From positions 1-64,000 of the forward strand of contig CAVYXJ010000011.1 in assembly GCA_963772455.1 (NCBI GenBank): 64,000 nt of DNA. Reading direction: 5' to 3'. The translations under genes were made by a program, and so were the position numbers. Below are positions 18,223 through 29,324 of this stretch, one piece after another. The notes under the pieces are model-generated. The model saw only the letters and a program-made list of their open reading frames with translations. It did not search any database and was not told the DNA's origin. The stretch comes from Candidatus Bathyarchaeota archaeon. GTDB taxonomy: Archaea > Thermoproteota > Bathyarchaeia > Bathyarchaeales > Bathycorpusculaceae. Positions within the stretch are counted from its first letter, which is position 1. The number at the start of each line of letters is the position of its first letter.

Positions 18223-21200
18223 ATGAGCAATATTAACGCTCATCAAAAGGTAAAACCTCAAACACTAGAGGCAAATTCACCTATTTTGATCGATTCAGCA
18301 GCTCTTGGAAAAAAGGATTCCATACGCATTTTACATGTTGACGATGACCCATCAATCAAAGAGTTAACAAAGCTGATGCTTCTGGATTTTGATAGCAGCT
18401 TTGAGATTGATAACGCCTGCTGTGTTGATGAGGGTCTAACCAAATTAGCGGCTAAAACCTATGATTTAGTAGTCTCTGATTATGAAATGCCCCATAAGAA
18501 CGGGCTAGATTTTTTGCAGGAGCTTAGGCAAAACAAGAACTTGACTCCGTTTATTTTGTTTACAGGTAAAGGCAGAGAAGAAGTGGCCATAGACGCACTG
18601 AACCTTGGCGCAGACGGATACATAAACAAACAAGGCAACCCAGAAACAGTCTATGGTGAACTTGCACATGTCATTGTACAAATAGTAAATCAAAACTGTC
18701 TTAAAACAGATTTAGCTGAGAGCGAAGTCCGATTCAAGCAGTTCTTTAGTAATTTGCCAAACGCAGTCGCAGTTTACGAAGCAATTTCCAACGGAGAAGA
18801 TTTTGTCTTCAAAGATTTTAATGCTGCAGCAGAAAAAATAGAAAAAATAAGCAAAGCAGATGTCATTGGCAAACGAGTCACAGAGATATTTCCCGGAGCC
18901 AAAGAATTTGGAATATTAGAAATTTTTAAACGCGTCTGGAAAACTGGGCAATCTGAGTATTTTCCAGCTACGCTCTATCAAGACAAAAGGGATATTGGTT
19001 CATGGCGTGAAAACTGGCTATTTAAGCTACCAAACGGAAATGTCGTCGCCGTTTACAATGACGTTACTGAACGTGTAAAAACCGATTTAGAGCTTAAGCG
19101 GACAAATGAGATTATTGAGAGGGTGGGGGAGGGTATTGATGCTGGTTTAGCTGTTATCGGTAAAGATTACAGTGTGTTTTGGGCTAACAAGCGACTGAAG
19201 GATTTAGGTGTTGCACCAAACAAAAAATGTTATCAGACCTTTAACCGCTCAGAAACCGTTTGTTTAGATTGCGGGGTAAAGAAAATTTTTGAACAGAAAA
19301 TATCTCTTGATGTTCATGAGTATAAAACGAAAAACTCGAATGGTGAAACTGTTTGGGTTGAGTTAAGAGTAACTCCACTCAAAGATAAAGACGGTAACGT
19401 AACAGCAGCTTTAGAACTGGCAGTTCCCATAACTGAACGCAAAAAAGCAGAGGATGAGCTTAGTGGCAAAGAAAAACGATTCAGAGCAATATTTGATAAA
19501 TCTTTTCAATTTGCACTCCTATTGGACATAAATGGCAACGTACTTGAAATGAACGAATTGTGCTACACGGTTCATGGCCCATTGGCAGAGGCATCTCTGG
19601 GAAAACCTTTTTGGAAGGCAGCCTGGTGGAGTCAGTTTCCAGAGGTTGCAGAAAAAACAAAATTGGCAATACAGAATTGCCAGGTGGGTAAAATCGTTCA
19701 TGATGAGGTGGAATTTATTGATAAGGACTTCCAGATTCACCAAGGGATACGTATATTTTCACCCATCGCAGATGAGAACGGGAAATTACTCTATATTTCG
19801 GTTGTTGGTCTGGATATTTCAGAACGCAAAAAAGCTGAGGACGCTTTGCGTAGAAGCGAAGAGAAACATCGAATCATTTCAGGCATTACTGCAGATGTAA
19901 CATTTTCCTGTACCAAAAAGGGTGAAGAAGAGTTTTTCGTTGACTGGATTTCGGATGCATGTGAAGAGATTTTTGGTTACTCAGCTAAAGAAATCCAAGA
20001 AAAAGGTTGCTGGAAATTTACTGTTCAACCCCAAGATTTGCCAATTTTCGAAGAGAAACTCACAAACTTAAAACTGGGACAAAAAAGCAAGTGTGAGCTA
20101 ATGATAACAAATAAGAATGGCTCAACGCGATGGCTCAAAGTTAATTCAACAGTCGAAGAGGATATCGAAAAACCTGGAAGTCCTCGGCTCCTTGGCGCAT
20201 GCATAGACATAACTGAACGCAAAAAAAGGGAATTTGAACTTCAGCTGGAACGAAATAAACTTGAAACTGTTACCGAGAACATTGGTGCGGGACTTTTTCT
20301 GGTTGATAAGGATTACAAAATATTATGGACTAACAATTTGTCGAAATATCACTTTGGCGAATTAGAATCCAAGCAATGCTATTTGGCATTTCGCAACCGC
20401 AATGAGGTGTGTCCCGACTGCGGGGTAAGAGAGATTTTTGAGAAAGGTAAAGAAATTGTTGTTCGTGAACACTGCTTCAAAGATTCTAAGGGAGATCCTG
20501 GCTGGCTTGAACTCACGGCGAGACCGGTAAAGGATGAGACTGGAAAAGTGGTGGCTGCCTTAGAGCTTGCAGTTCCCATCACTGCACGCAAAAAAGCTGA
20601 GGTTAATCTACTAAAAAACAAAGCTTTGCTTCTCGAAGCCGAGAAAGCGGGTAGAATTGGCGGTTGGGAATTTGACATTAACACCCTAACTCAGAGCTGG
20701 ACAGATGAAACCTTCCGCATCCTAGAAATCGATCTAACACATGGCGAACCAATAGTGCCTAAAGGAATTGAATTCATTAACCCTCCCTATAGGGCAACTG
20801 CTAATGAAGCAATCCAGCGCGCCATCGAACACGGTGAACCTTACGATCAGGAATGGGAAATCACCACTGCAAAAGGAAACAAACGCTGGGTACACGCAGT
20901 AGCAAAAGCGAACTATGAAAACAGCAAAATCAAATCCATCTCAGGGTCATTCCAAGACATCACTGAACGTAAAAAAGCTGAAGAGATCCGAAAGGGTTTG
21001 GAGTCCAAAGTAAAACAGTATTCAGAACACTTGAAGAACATGGTTGATTTAAGAACTGCCCAGTTAAAAGATGCCAATGAGCGCCTTGTCAAGGCTGAAC
21101 GTTTGGCAGCTATTGGCGAATTAGCTGGAATGATTGGACATGATCTGCGCAATCCGTTAGCCGGCATTAAAAATGGTGTCTATCTCTTAAAAAAGAAAGG

Positions 21201-21778
21201 TACAACAATTTCCGAAGCTCAATCTAAAGAAATACTTGAAATCATCGACAAAGCCATAGATCACTCAAACAAAATCATCAACGATTTGCTGGACTACTCA
21301 AGAGAGATGAATCTAAAACTCATAAAATATGCTGCACGTCCTCTGGTGGATGAAGCCATTCGGAGTATTCAAGTTCCTGATCGAATACAAATTGTAAACC
21401 ACGTTGACGAAGAAGCCTATATTTGGGTTGACGCTGACAAGATGATTCGAGTTTTCGTAAACCTTCTCCAGAATGCAATTGATGCAACGCCTGAGAATGG
21501 GAACAGTTGAAATTACAAGTTGCCAAAGAAGTGACCTTGTAGAGATTGCTTTCTCTGACACAGGTAAAGGTATACCTGCAGAGGTTTTGCCCAAGCTCTT
21601 CACGCCTTTATTCACAACTAAAGCTCAGGGGATGGGTTTTGGCTTAGCCATATGCAAACGAATCGTTGAGGTTCACGGAGGAACAATCAAGGTTGAATCA
21701 GTTAAAGACAAAGGAACAAAATTCACCATTAATCTGCCTGCAAAAATTTATCATGAGCCTGAGAATAAAACAATTTGA
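18223..21778 (+). CDS. Hybrid receiver-multi-PAS-histidine kinase with a frameshift near 21500
   Basis: REC domain (ILHVDDD, SDYEMP, FTG), about six PAS domains, GHDLRNPL. The HATPase G boxes (DTGKGI, GFGLA) lie in the overlapping ORF 21473-21778. Confidence 0.88.
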
Positions 21779-21837
21779 TGATAATAATAGTTTAAAAAAA
21801 TTAAACCAATAATAAGGTCAAAAAACAAATCTATATA

Positions 21838-22086
21838 CTGGATTTGTGAACATGATTTTTCAAACCTTTAAGTGCCCAATTTGCAGCTCATCCCTATCAG
21901 ATCCTGAACAACTCAGATTACACAGAATGAAAGAACATAAAGGACGATCCACAAAAAACAGTATTAATTCAACCCTTTTCTAACTCATCCACACCTTGAA
22001 GGCAATAACTTTGAGTTTCATCTAAGCCGGAAAATTTACCCAATCAACATACCGAGACTCGTCAAACTTTAGGATCTTTGCAATAG
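21838..22086 (+). repeat. ~250-bp direct repeat, copy 1 (contains a C2H2 zinc-finger ORF)
   Basis: Highly similar to 24652-24903. Confidence 0.9.
21852..21983 (+). CDS. 43-aa C2H2 zinc-finger microprotein
   Basis: MIFQTFKCPICSSSLSDPEQLRLHRMKEHKGRSTKNSINSTLF* has C-x2-C-x12-H-x4-H spacing. Confidence 0.7.
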   Translation: MIFQTFKCPICSSSLSDPEQLRLHRMKEHKGRSTKNSINSTLF

Positions 22087-22189
22087 ACAAAAGTGCGATT
22101 GGACAATTTCCAAAAAGTTGTTGCTTATTGTAATCACAACTCTTTAAGTGTTAATTTAGGAAGATATTACGTGGATTAGGCGAGTTTGT

Positions 22190-22426
22190 ATGAATTTTGC
22201 TGAAGCGATAGATTTCTCACAGAAATTTCCTACCGTTCACCCAAAAGTATTCAAAGGATTCATCGAATGGGGAATTTGGGATACAGAAACAGAAGGCTAC
22301 GTAGTTCTAACTGATGCAGCTTCAGATAGTCAACGATGTTCCAATCAATTGGAAGATTACGTTAAGTGCCACAATTTGAGAATAGATCAACTTAAGGATT
22401 ATTTGATGATTACCACGATTGTTTAA
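22190..22426 (+). CDS. Hypothetical protein, paralog of 14333-14584
   Basis: Shares HPKVFKGFIEWGI.DTETEGYVVL...LEDY.K.H.LRIDQ..DYL with the 14333 ORF. Confidence 0.75.
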   Translation: MNFAEAIDFSQKFPTVHPKVFKGFIEWGIWDTETEGYVVLTDAASDSQRCSNQLEDYVKCHNLRIDQLKDYLMITTIV

Positions 22427-22546
22427 GTTTCTGGCCAAAAGTTATTTTATTTTTAAAAATGTTCTGGAAAATAACTTAATTCTGATTTAGCGCTTTCTTC
22501 TCTTATGGGAAAAAAATGAAAGGCTTTGGTGGCTATTCAAGCACAA

Positions 22547-22819
22547 CTAATTTACAGTTGACAAGTTTGCTGCTACAATTAGAACCTGCTCGGTCAAGAA
22601 ATCCGTTAACCGTTTTGAAACATCACTTGCTTTCTTATGTTCGGCAACATGATTTTTTATGGCTCGGTCCATGGCTTTCAAATCAGGCACCACCAAAATT
22701 TCGAAACCGCAGACACACTTGATAATAGGCATACGTGTTTTATGAGCAACAAACTTGCCGGTACGATCTTTGTTAAAAATAAAGTTGCTTTCCTGAATGC
22801 CCCTTTTTGACATACCCAT
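22547..22819 (-). CDS. Small putative zinc-binding protein
   Basis: IKCVCGFEILVVPDLKAMDRAIKNHVAEH (CxC...HxxxH). Confidence 0.6.
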   Translation of the reverse strand: MGMSKRGIQESNFIFNKDRTGKFVAHKTRMPIIKCVCGFEILVVPDLKAMDRAIKNHVAEHKKASDVSKRLTDFLTEQVLIVAANLSTVN

Positions 22820-23075
22820 TCCCTTATCCCGAGAAAGGAAATAATAAGTTTAGTCCAAAAACATATAAAATATTGTTGTAGGCACGGCACAGTCACAAGC
22901 ATATTGCAAATATCAATAATCACATTTATTATATTAGTTTTTAATTCATTTTTTCATAATAATATCTAATTTGTTAATAAAAAGCATAATTGTTTGAATT
23001 AAACAACGGCAAATAGCAAAAGCTTATAGCACTCTATAACATAACATGCAGATATATACAATTAACTGAGAGGGA

Positions 23076-23384
23076 ATGAGCTCAAAGATGAGACGATCAA
23101 AACTAGAAATGTACATTGACATCCTCAACGTGTTGGCACACAAGGGACCATTAAAGTTGACACACATAATGTACAAAGCTAACGTCAACTGCAGCATACT
23201 CAACGAATATTTGGACTTCCTAATCAAACAAGAGCTAGTCGAAAAACGAACTATTGAAAAAGAGCATATAGTTTTCGCTGTTACAAAACGCGGCACAAAT
23301 GTACTGAAGTATTTCCATGAACTAAGCATAGCTCTACCAATCATGGAAGAACACCGAAGACAAACAACGCCACTGCTCTATTAA
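23076..23384 (+). CDS. Archaeal winged-helix transcriptional regulator
   Basis: RRSKLEMYIDIL...LKLTHIMYKANVNCSILNEYLDFL...F.VT.RG. Confidence 0.85.
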   Translation: MSSKMRRSKLEMYIDILNVLAHKGPLKLTHIMYKANVNCSILNEYLDFLIKQELVEKRTIEKEHIVFAVTKRGTNVLKYFHELSIALPIMEEHRRQTTPLLY

Positions 23385-23498
23385 ACCATCAAACATACCG
23401 TCAAAAAAGTTAGAAGAAACAAAGAACCGAAATACCATAAAACAGCAAGCAAATTCATCGGTTTTACTTCAGTGGTGGAAGATAGTACCTAAAGTATT

Positions 23499-24394
23499 CT
23501 ATTTTTTTGGCAAAAGTTCACTAAGATCATAACTAGCCACACATACAACGCTGTCAGCTCCGCCGTAATAGAGTAGGAGTTGGTTATCCATTATGACTTG
23601 TCCGCAGCTGAAGACTACGTTAGGAACTTGTCCAAAACGTTCATAGTCTTCATTCGGCGTTAAAATTGGTGTTTCGGAACGATAGAGAACTTGCTCGGGA
23701 TTGTTCTTGTCAAGCAACGCAACACCAAGGGAGTATACTCTTTCCACGCTCACTCCATGATAGATGAAAAGCCAGCCTTCATTTATCAGAATTGGAGGAC
23801 CTGCAGCACCGACCTTCCAGGCATCCCAACTGTTTGAACTTGGACCTAAAACAAACTTTAAACCATGCCAGTGTCGAAGGTCAATTGAACGAGCTATGCA
23901 TATATCCGGTTCCAGACGGTGAAACATCACGTATTCTCCTTTTACCTTTTGAGGAAATATTACTGCATCTTTATTGAGAATTCCTGGAAAAGCTAGATGC
24001 TTTTCGCTCCAGTTGCCATCTTCCTAGCCAGAAAATCGGTCAAATCAATAGAAGTTAAACCAATCTGGTAGACTCTGCGCTGTAAATGCATTCCAAATGC
24101 AGTATACGCCATAATTAGTGAACCATCTATCAAGGTCAAACGTGGATCCTCACATCCTTCGTTCTCGCACTCACTTAATGGACTAAAAACTGGAATCGGC
24201 AAACGCTCATCTATATGATATCCGTCCGAAGAGGAAGCTAAGCCTATGCGAGAAATATTGTCTGCACCCATTGCACGATAGAGAATGTGAACACGGTTGT
24301 CTGCGGCGAACGCAGCTGCATTGAAGACTTGACGTGATTCCCATGCGTGAGTACCTATGCCTTCAAGTATGGGATTATTTTGAAATCGTTTCAA
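23499..24394 (-). pseudogene. GH130/DUF377 glycosidase or phosphorylase, frameshifted near 24000-24025
   Basis: N half has NNPIL, WES..VFNAA, LYRA and GCEDPR. C half has NKDAVIFP, MFHR, LFIYHGV, VPNVVFSCG and YYGGAD. Confidence 0.8.
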
Positions 24395-24651
24395 TTTCCT
24401 TCATCAAACCCTTTTGATCAGAAGGTAAACTCAAGGTACTTAACTCACTTGTGAAATCCAACATAACATTCAAAATATGAATTGTAAATACACAGTCAAG
24501 TCGCCATTTTCCCGCTTAGGAACGACGATTATGTTTAGTCCCAATTTTACAAAGTGCAAGACCTCAGCAGAATTTGAGAAAAACATTTTGATGATCATTT
24601 TAACCCAAAAAAATTTTAGCCTTTAAGAAGGGCACGAATCTCTCTTGTATT

Positions 24652-24903
24652 CTGGATTTGTGAACATGATTTTTCAAACCTTCAAATGCCCCAATTTGCA
24701 GCTCATCCCTATCAGACCCTGAACAACTCAGATTACACCAAATGAAAGAAAATAAAGGACGATCCACAAAAAAACAGTATTAATTCAACCCTTTTAGAAC
24801 TCATCCACACCTTGAAGGCAACAACTTTGAGTTTCATCTAAGCCGGAAAACTTATCCAATCAGTATACGGTTTGACTCTCCAAGCTTAGGATCCTTTCAG
24901 TAG
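24652..24903 (+). repeat. ~250-bp direct repeat, copy 2 (zinc-finger ORF disrupted)
   Basis: Aligns to 21838-22086. There is an extra C in tgcccc, and the last zinc-ligand His codon reads aat (Asn). Confidence 0.88.
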
Positions 24904-25233
24904 TGTGCCAAAAAAGCTGTATGAATCTTCTCGAAATCAGCATGCCGACTGCCACCCACAAGACATGCTCAATTAGATAGGAACAATCTGCACTAATGGC
25001 TTATTGTCGCAAACACGACAGCACCAAAATCGAGTAAATCTCAAGTACATAATTCTATGGGTTCCCTATGGTTCACTCGAGTGTTGAGTACCCCATCAAA
25101 TAATTACAGAAAATGAGTGAATTTACCATTTAGTTAAACTTATAAACAAAATAGTTACATAAGAAGCATAAAGCAAAAGGAGATTTCTAAAAATGAACAT
25201 TCCTGACGGAATTTATCAGCTGAGGAATCCTAT

Positions 25234-27213
25234 ATGAGATGTCAAAGAAAGTCATTATCTCTAATATTTTTAGGTCTACTATTGGTAGTTGTCTTGCTTG
25301 TAATAACCACCCCAATAATAACAGCTGAAACGTCCAGTTTCTCTCTCTCGGCTTCTCCCGCAAGTCAATCATTACCTAAGACACTCTCGGAACCATGGGG
25401 GACAGCATATTTGGTTACGGTGACTTCTTCGCTCGGATTCAAAGAAGTCGTATCTCTTAGTGTTTCTGGGTTGCCAACTGGCGCAAGCTCGACTTTCAAC
25501 CCACCAACGGTCACGCCAACGGGAACATCAAGTCTTTGGATAACAACTACCAGCACCACGCCAGTAGGAACAAGCAATCTTACAATAAAAGCAACGGCAG
25601 GATCAATAACTAAACAAACCAATGTGCTTCTAGTAGTAACAGACTTTTCTGTTTTGGTTTCGTCTCAAAGTAGCAGCGTTAGTCAGGGGCAATCTACTAC
25701 TTGCACAGTAACTTTAACTAGCTCTGGCGTTTTTAGTCAAGTTGTGTCTTTGTCGGCATCTGGATTGCCTGCTGGAACCACAGCAAGTTTTAGCCCAGCC
25801 ACTGTTACACCAACAACTTCTGGAGTAACCTCAACCCTCACCATTCAAACCGCCGCCTCAACTCCTGCAACAACCAACACCTTAACAATAACTGGAACAG
25901 CAGGATCCCTATCCGCCTCTAAAACAGTACAACTGATAGTAATACCAACAACTTTTTCTGTTTCAGCTTTGCCTGCAAGCAATAGTATTATTCAGGGGCA
26001 ATCTGCCACTTACACAGTTACTTTAACTAGCTCTGGCGTTTTTAGTCAAGTTGTGTCTTTGTCGGCATCTGGATTGCCTACTGGTGCTTCATCGAGCTTT
26101 AGCCCGGCTACTGTTACGCCAACATCTTCTGGATCAACCTCAACTTTGACTATTCAGACCTTAACCTCAACGCCGGCAGCAACCAGCACCATAACGATAA
26201 AAGGAACAGCAGGAACAACCGAAAAGACAGCCACAGTATCATTAACCGTAAACCCAACACTTCCACCGTTGACGATATCGATTTCAACCACTGCATTGAC
26301 TGTGACGAGTGGGCAAGCTGCAACTTTCACAGCTTCAGCATCCGGAGGAACATCACCCTACACATACCAATGGTACGAAGGCACAACTATCATGAATGGA
26401 CAAACCTCCCCCACACTCACAACAACTAAAACTAATGCTGGCACTTACAGTTTTAGCTGCAAAGTAACCGACTCAAAATCAGCAACTACAACCTCAAACA
26501 CAGCAACACTAACAGTAACAATTGTACCCTCATCGTTGACAGCGTCAATTTCATCATCAACCACATTGACTGTGACAAGTGGGCAAGCTGCAACTTTCAC
26601 TGCTTCAACATCCGGAGGAACATCACCTTATGCCTATCAATGGTATGAAAGTTCAGCAGCGATAGCTGGACAGACCTCTTCGACACTTACAACCACCAAA
26701 ACAACTCCAGGTACGTATAGCTTTAGCTGCAAAGTAACAGACTCAAAATCAGCAACCGCAAACACAAACACAGCAACACTAACCGTAAACCCACAAGCTC
26801 CAGTATTGGACCATTTCGAGTTTGACTCTATTAACTCACAAAATATCGATTCTATATTCAACGTTAGAATAATAGCTAAAGATCAAACAAATACCACTCT
26901 TCAAGACTATAATGACAATGGGGTGTTAAGTGATTATTCAGGTTTTATTGCAAATGTAACTTTTTCTAACGGTGTTTGCGTAACTCCAGTAAAACTTGAC
27001 AGAGCATACGATAACAATAAAATGTTTATAGATAGCGGCGCAAAATCTGCTGAGAGCGAAGTCTTCAATGTTATCGCAAATTCTTCAAACTTGTCAATTT
27101 ACCTTGTTGTTGTGAGCGTTTTAATTTTTGTCGGGGTTGTTGGGGGAGCAGTGGCTTATGTGAAAAGAAAAAAGCAGCCTTTTCCATCAACGCCCATAAA
27201 TTGTTTTTTTTAA
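25234..27213 (+). CDS. Thr/Ser-rich cell-surface protein with tandem Ig/PKD-like repeats and a C-terminal membrane anchor
   Basis: Signal peptide, three VSLS.SGLP.G....F.P.TVTP repeats, two GGTSPY.YQWYE...YSFSCKVTDS repeats, then TM plus KRKK. Confidence 0.85.
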   Translation: MRCQRKSLSLIFLGLLLVVVLLVITTPIITAETSSFSLSASPASQSLPKTLSEPWGTAYLVTVTSSLGFKEVVSLSVSGLPTGASSTFNPPTVTPTGTSSLWITTTSTTPVGTSNLTIKATAGSITKQTNVLLVVTDFSVLVSSQSSSVSQGQSTTCTVTLTSSGVFSQVVSLSASGLPAGTTASFSPATVTPTTSGVTSTLTIQTAASTPATTNTLTITGTAGSLSASKTVQLIVIPTTFSVSALPASNSIIQGQSATYTVTLTSSGVFSQVVSLSASGLPTGASSSFSPATVTPTSSGSTSTLTIQTLTSTPAATSTITIKGTAGTTEKTATVSLTVNPTLPPLTISISTTALTVTSGQAATFTASASGGTSPYTYQWYEGTTIMNGQTSPTLTTTKTNAGTYSFSCKVTDSKSATTTSNTATLTVTIVPSSLTASISSSTTLTVTSGQAATFTASTSGGTSPYAYQWYESSAAIAGQTSSTLTTTKTTPGTYSFSCKVTDSKSATANTNTATLTVNPQAPVLDHFEFDSINSQNIDSIFNVRIIAKDQTNTTLQDYNDNGVLSDYSGFIANVTFSNGVCVTPVKLDRAYDNNKMFIDSGAKSAESEVFNVIANSSNLSIYLVVVSVLIFVGVVGGAVAYVKRKKQPFPSTPINCFF

Positions 27214-27319
27214 ACATACCTTAATTCTTTAAAGAGTCATTCATGAATAGGCTGAAGTAAGAATGACGAGTGACATTCTTTATCCCGACCTTCAACCAAG
27301 TAAGCCTCACAAAACCAAC

Positions 27320-27514
27320 CTAAACCTTGACCTTCAAGCTAACTTGGAGAGCAAAGTCCAAATCAGCCTGAGCACGCTCAATCTTGCGTAGAGCAGTTTT
27401 CCTTGAGCGAGTAACGTTTCCAGCATCAACTCTGAGCTTTCGGGCAATCTCATAATCCGACAAGTCACCTTTTTTTAAGCGCAAAATTTGCTTCTCACGC
27501 TCAGTTAAGGCCAA
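27320..27514 (-). CDS. LuxR/sigma70-region-4-like HTH protein
   Basis: LTEREKQILRL...LSDYEIARKL.V....V..SRK.ALRK. Confidence 0.75.
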   Translation of the reverse strand: MALTEREKQILRLKKGDLSDYEIARKLRVDAGNVTRSRKTALRKIERAQADLDFALQVSLKVKV

Positions 27515-27778
27515 ACCTAAACAGCCTCCTCATCCTTGGAACCTTAATATTACAACAAACGGATACGGGGTATTTTGCGGTCTCCTCATAATCAAACACT
27601 CTTCAACCTCAGGAACCTCCGCTCCATACTCGTGACGCCCATGCCATCAGCTAACTTTTCCCAATGCAACCTACAGCAAGGAACCTTCTTAGCAGTCAAA
27701 AACACTGCAGGCTCTGACTTGCAGTCTTTGCACCCACGCAGCTATGCCAATGCTTTAGCATCCAACACCCAATGAACC

Positions 27779-28390
27779 TTAGAACTCTTCTTTTTCATGC
27801 CCCAAACCCTCTTCAGATCCAGCAGTAGAAACTTCACTCTCTGGCTCAATTGGCTCATCGTAGGAATCAAAAGCAAACCTAGTCAGAGCCCACGCATGCC
27901 CACGCTTCTCAAAGAGACATTTGCCAGTTTCAAAGTGCAAGCGCTTATTCATGCGCAAAATTCGCCGACTCACATCATAGTACCTTAACGCAAAGTTGCC
28001 TCGCTGGTTAACGTCAGCAGCTACAACCTTTGGCAAAACACCGGGAACTCCAGCTTCTCGAATCCGCTGCACAATCTCCCGATCAACCTCATCAAGAACC
28101 GCAAAGCCTTCAACGTCACAAACAGAATACTCAGCCTCTCCAATCCGCTCCAGCCGACGCCGAATCCAACGAAGCTCACCAAGCAGACGCTCATTTTGCG
28201 CAAAAACCTTCTTCGTTAAAACCTCATGATATTTGAGTCGACCAATCTTTTCCTCAGCACTACGATGTTTTTTGGGTTTTTCATGGTCTTTATCCGAGGT
28301 TTGAACCGAAGTTTCCTCTAAATCCTGTTTATCCTGTTCAATCAACGCTTTCCACTCCATCAACATTAACCCAAAGAATAGTGTCCGCAA
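27779..28390 (-). CDS. Hypothetical protein with a probable C-terminal winged-helix domain
   Basis: LDEVDREIVQRI...VSRRILRMNKRL...LFEKRGHAWALT resembles a wHTH. Confidence 0.55.
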   Translation of the reverse strand: MRTLFFGLMLMEWKALIEQDKQDLEETSVQTSDKDHEKPKKHRSAEEKIGRLKYHEVLTKKVFAQNERLLGELRWIRRRLERIGEAEYSVCDVEGFAVLDEVDREIVQRIREAGVPGVLPKVVAADVNQRGNFALRYYDVSRRILRMNKRLHFETGKCLFEKRGHAWALTRFAFDSYDEPIEPESEVSTAGSEEGLGHEKEEF

Positions 28391-28526
28391 TCAGGGCTAA
28401 CCACTACAAGAAACACCCATCTTGAAAGCATGGACTTTTCCCATACAAAAACTCGCATTAAAACGGCTCCAAAAACTTTCGAACAAACCTTAACATCCAA
28501 AAAGTCAAAACATCGATGTAACCTTT

Positions 28527-29324
28527 CTAAGAGACATACTCTTTACCTCCACAACCCTTAGTCGCTCCCTTTTCAGAGTCAGCACCAAAAAGATTAGACA
28601 AAATATTTGTTATCTTCAAAAGAGCCTCACTATTCTTCAACTCATTTTTCTCTAACCGCTCAAGCTTATCCAAAGCGCCATCCATAGTCTCAGAAAAACT
28701 CGCAATAACCTCAATTGCATCTGGGTGAGTGCGATCGCCAACCTTAATCACAATCCCATGGCTCAACTCAAAATCACGAATCACCATATACGGCAACCGC
28801 TCCCCAGCACTGTAAGGAAAATGGCCACTCTTAGGGCGAATCCGCTCCAAAACAGGATTTAGCAACTTCATATCAGTAAGCAATCCCGTGTTGACAAAGG
28901 CGTCACAGAAAAGCTGCTTAGCCTTCCCCAAATTACCCGGACGCCTAACATGCAAAGTCACCGTCCCAGACTCAAACCAAACAACACGCCCCAACCGAGA
29001 AGGCCACATCCAAAAACGATTCTTAGATTTACTGCGCACCCAACCAAAACCCAAAACACCCAATTCACCCTCAGAAGCCACAACCCCCCGCAACCCCTGA
29101 CTCAAAGCTAAATCTAATCGAACTTTAGCCTTAAAACAATGTAAACTTGAACACTTTGAACCTCGTTCATTTCGACAGTAATACTTCCACTCCCACTTAG
29201 TCTTAGAAACATAACTGTGGTATTTTTTGTAACTTAAATCTAGCAATTTACAAATCTGCTTAGGCGTCAACAATGGATTAGTGTGTCCATCGTTATCTAA
29301 AACGTCAAAAATTTGTTTATGCAA
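28527..29324 (-). CDS. Hypothetical protein with N-terminal HTH-like segment and C-terminal coiled coil
   Basis: 265-aa ORF with LTPKQICKLLDLSY at the N terminus. No family recognised. Confidence 0.6.
   Translation of the reverse strand: MHKQIFDVLDNDGHTNPLLTPKQICKLLDLSYKKYHSYVSKTKWEWKYYCRNERGSKCSSLHCFKAKVRLDLALSQGLRGVVASEGELGVLGFGWVRSKSKNRFWMWPSRLGRVVWFESGTVTLHVRRPGNLGKAKQLFCDAFVNTGLLTDMKLLNPVLERIRPKSGHFPYSAGERLPYMVIRDFELSHGIVIKVGDRTHPDAIEVIASFSETMDGALDKLERLEKNELKNSEALLKITNILSNLFGADSEKGATKGCGGKEYVS

Noticed and set aside
21473-21778. Separate HATPase gene or programmed frameshift
   Set aside because: It is the direct continuation of the upstream kinase. No slippery heptamer is evident, and nearby genes show similar indels.
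27575-27775. Plus-strand 66-aa ORF
   Set aside because: It opposes the local gene direction. The minus strand shows a more protein-like but broken zinc-finger reading.
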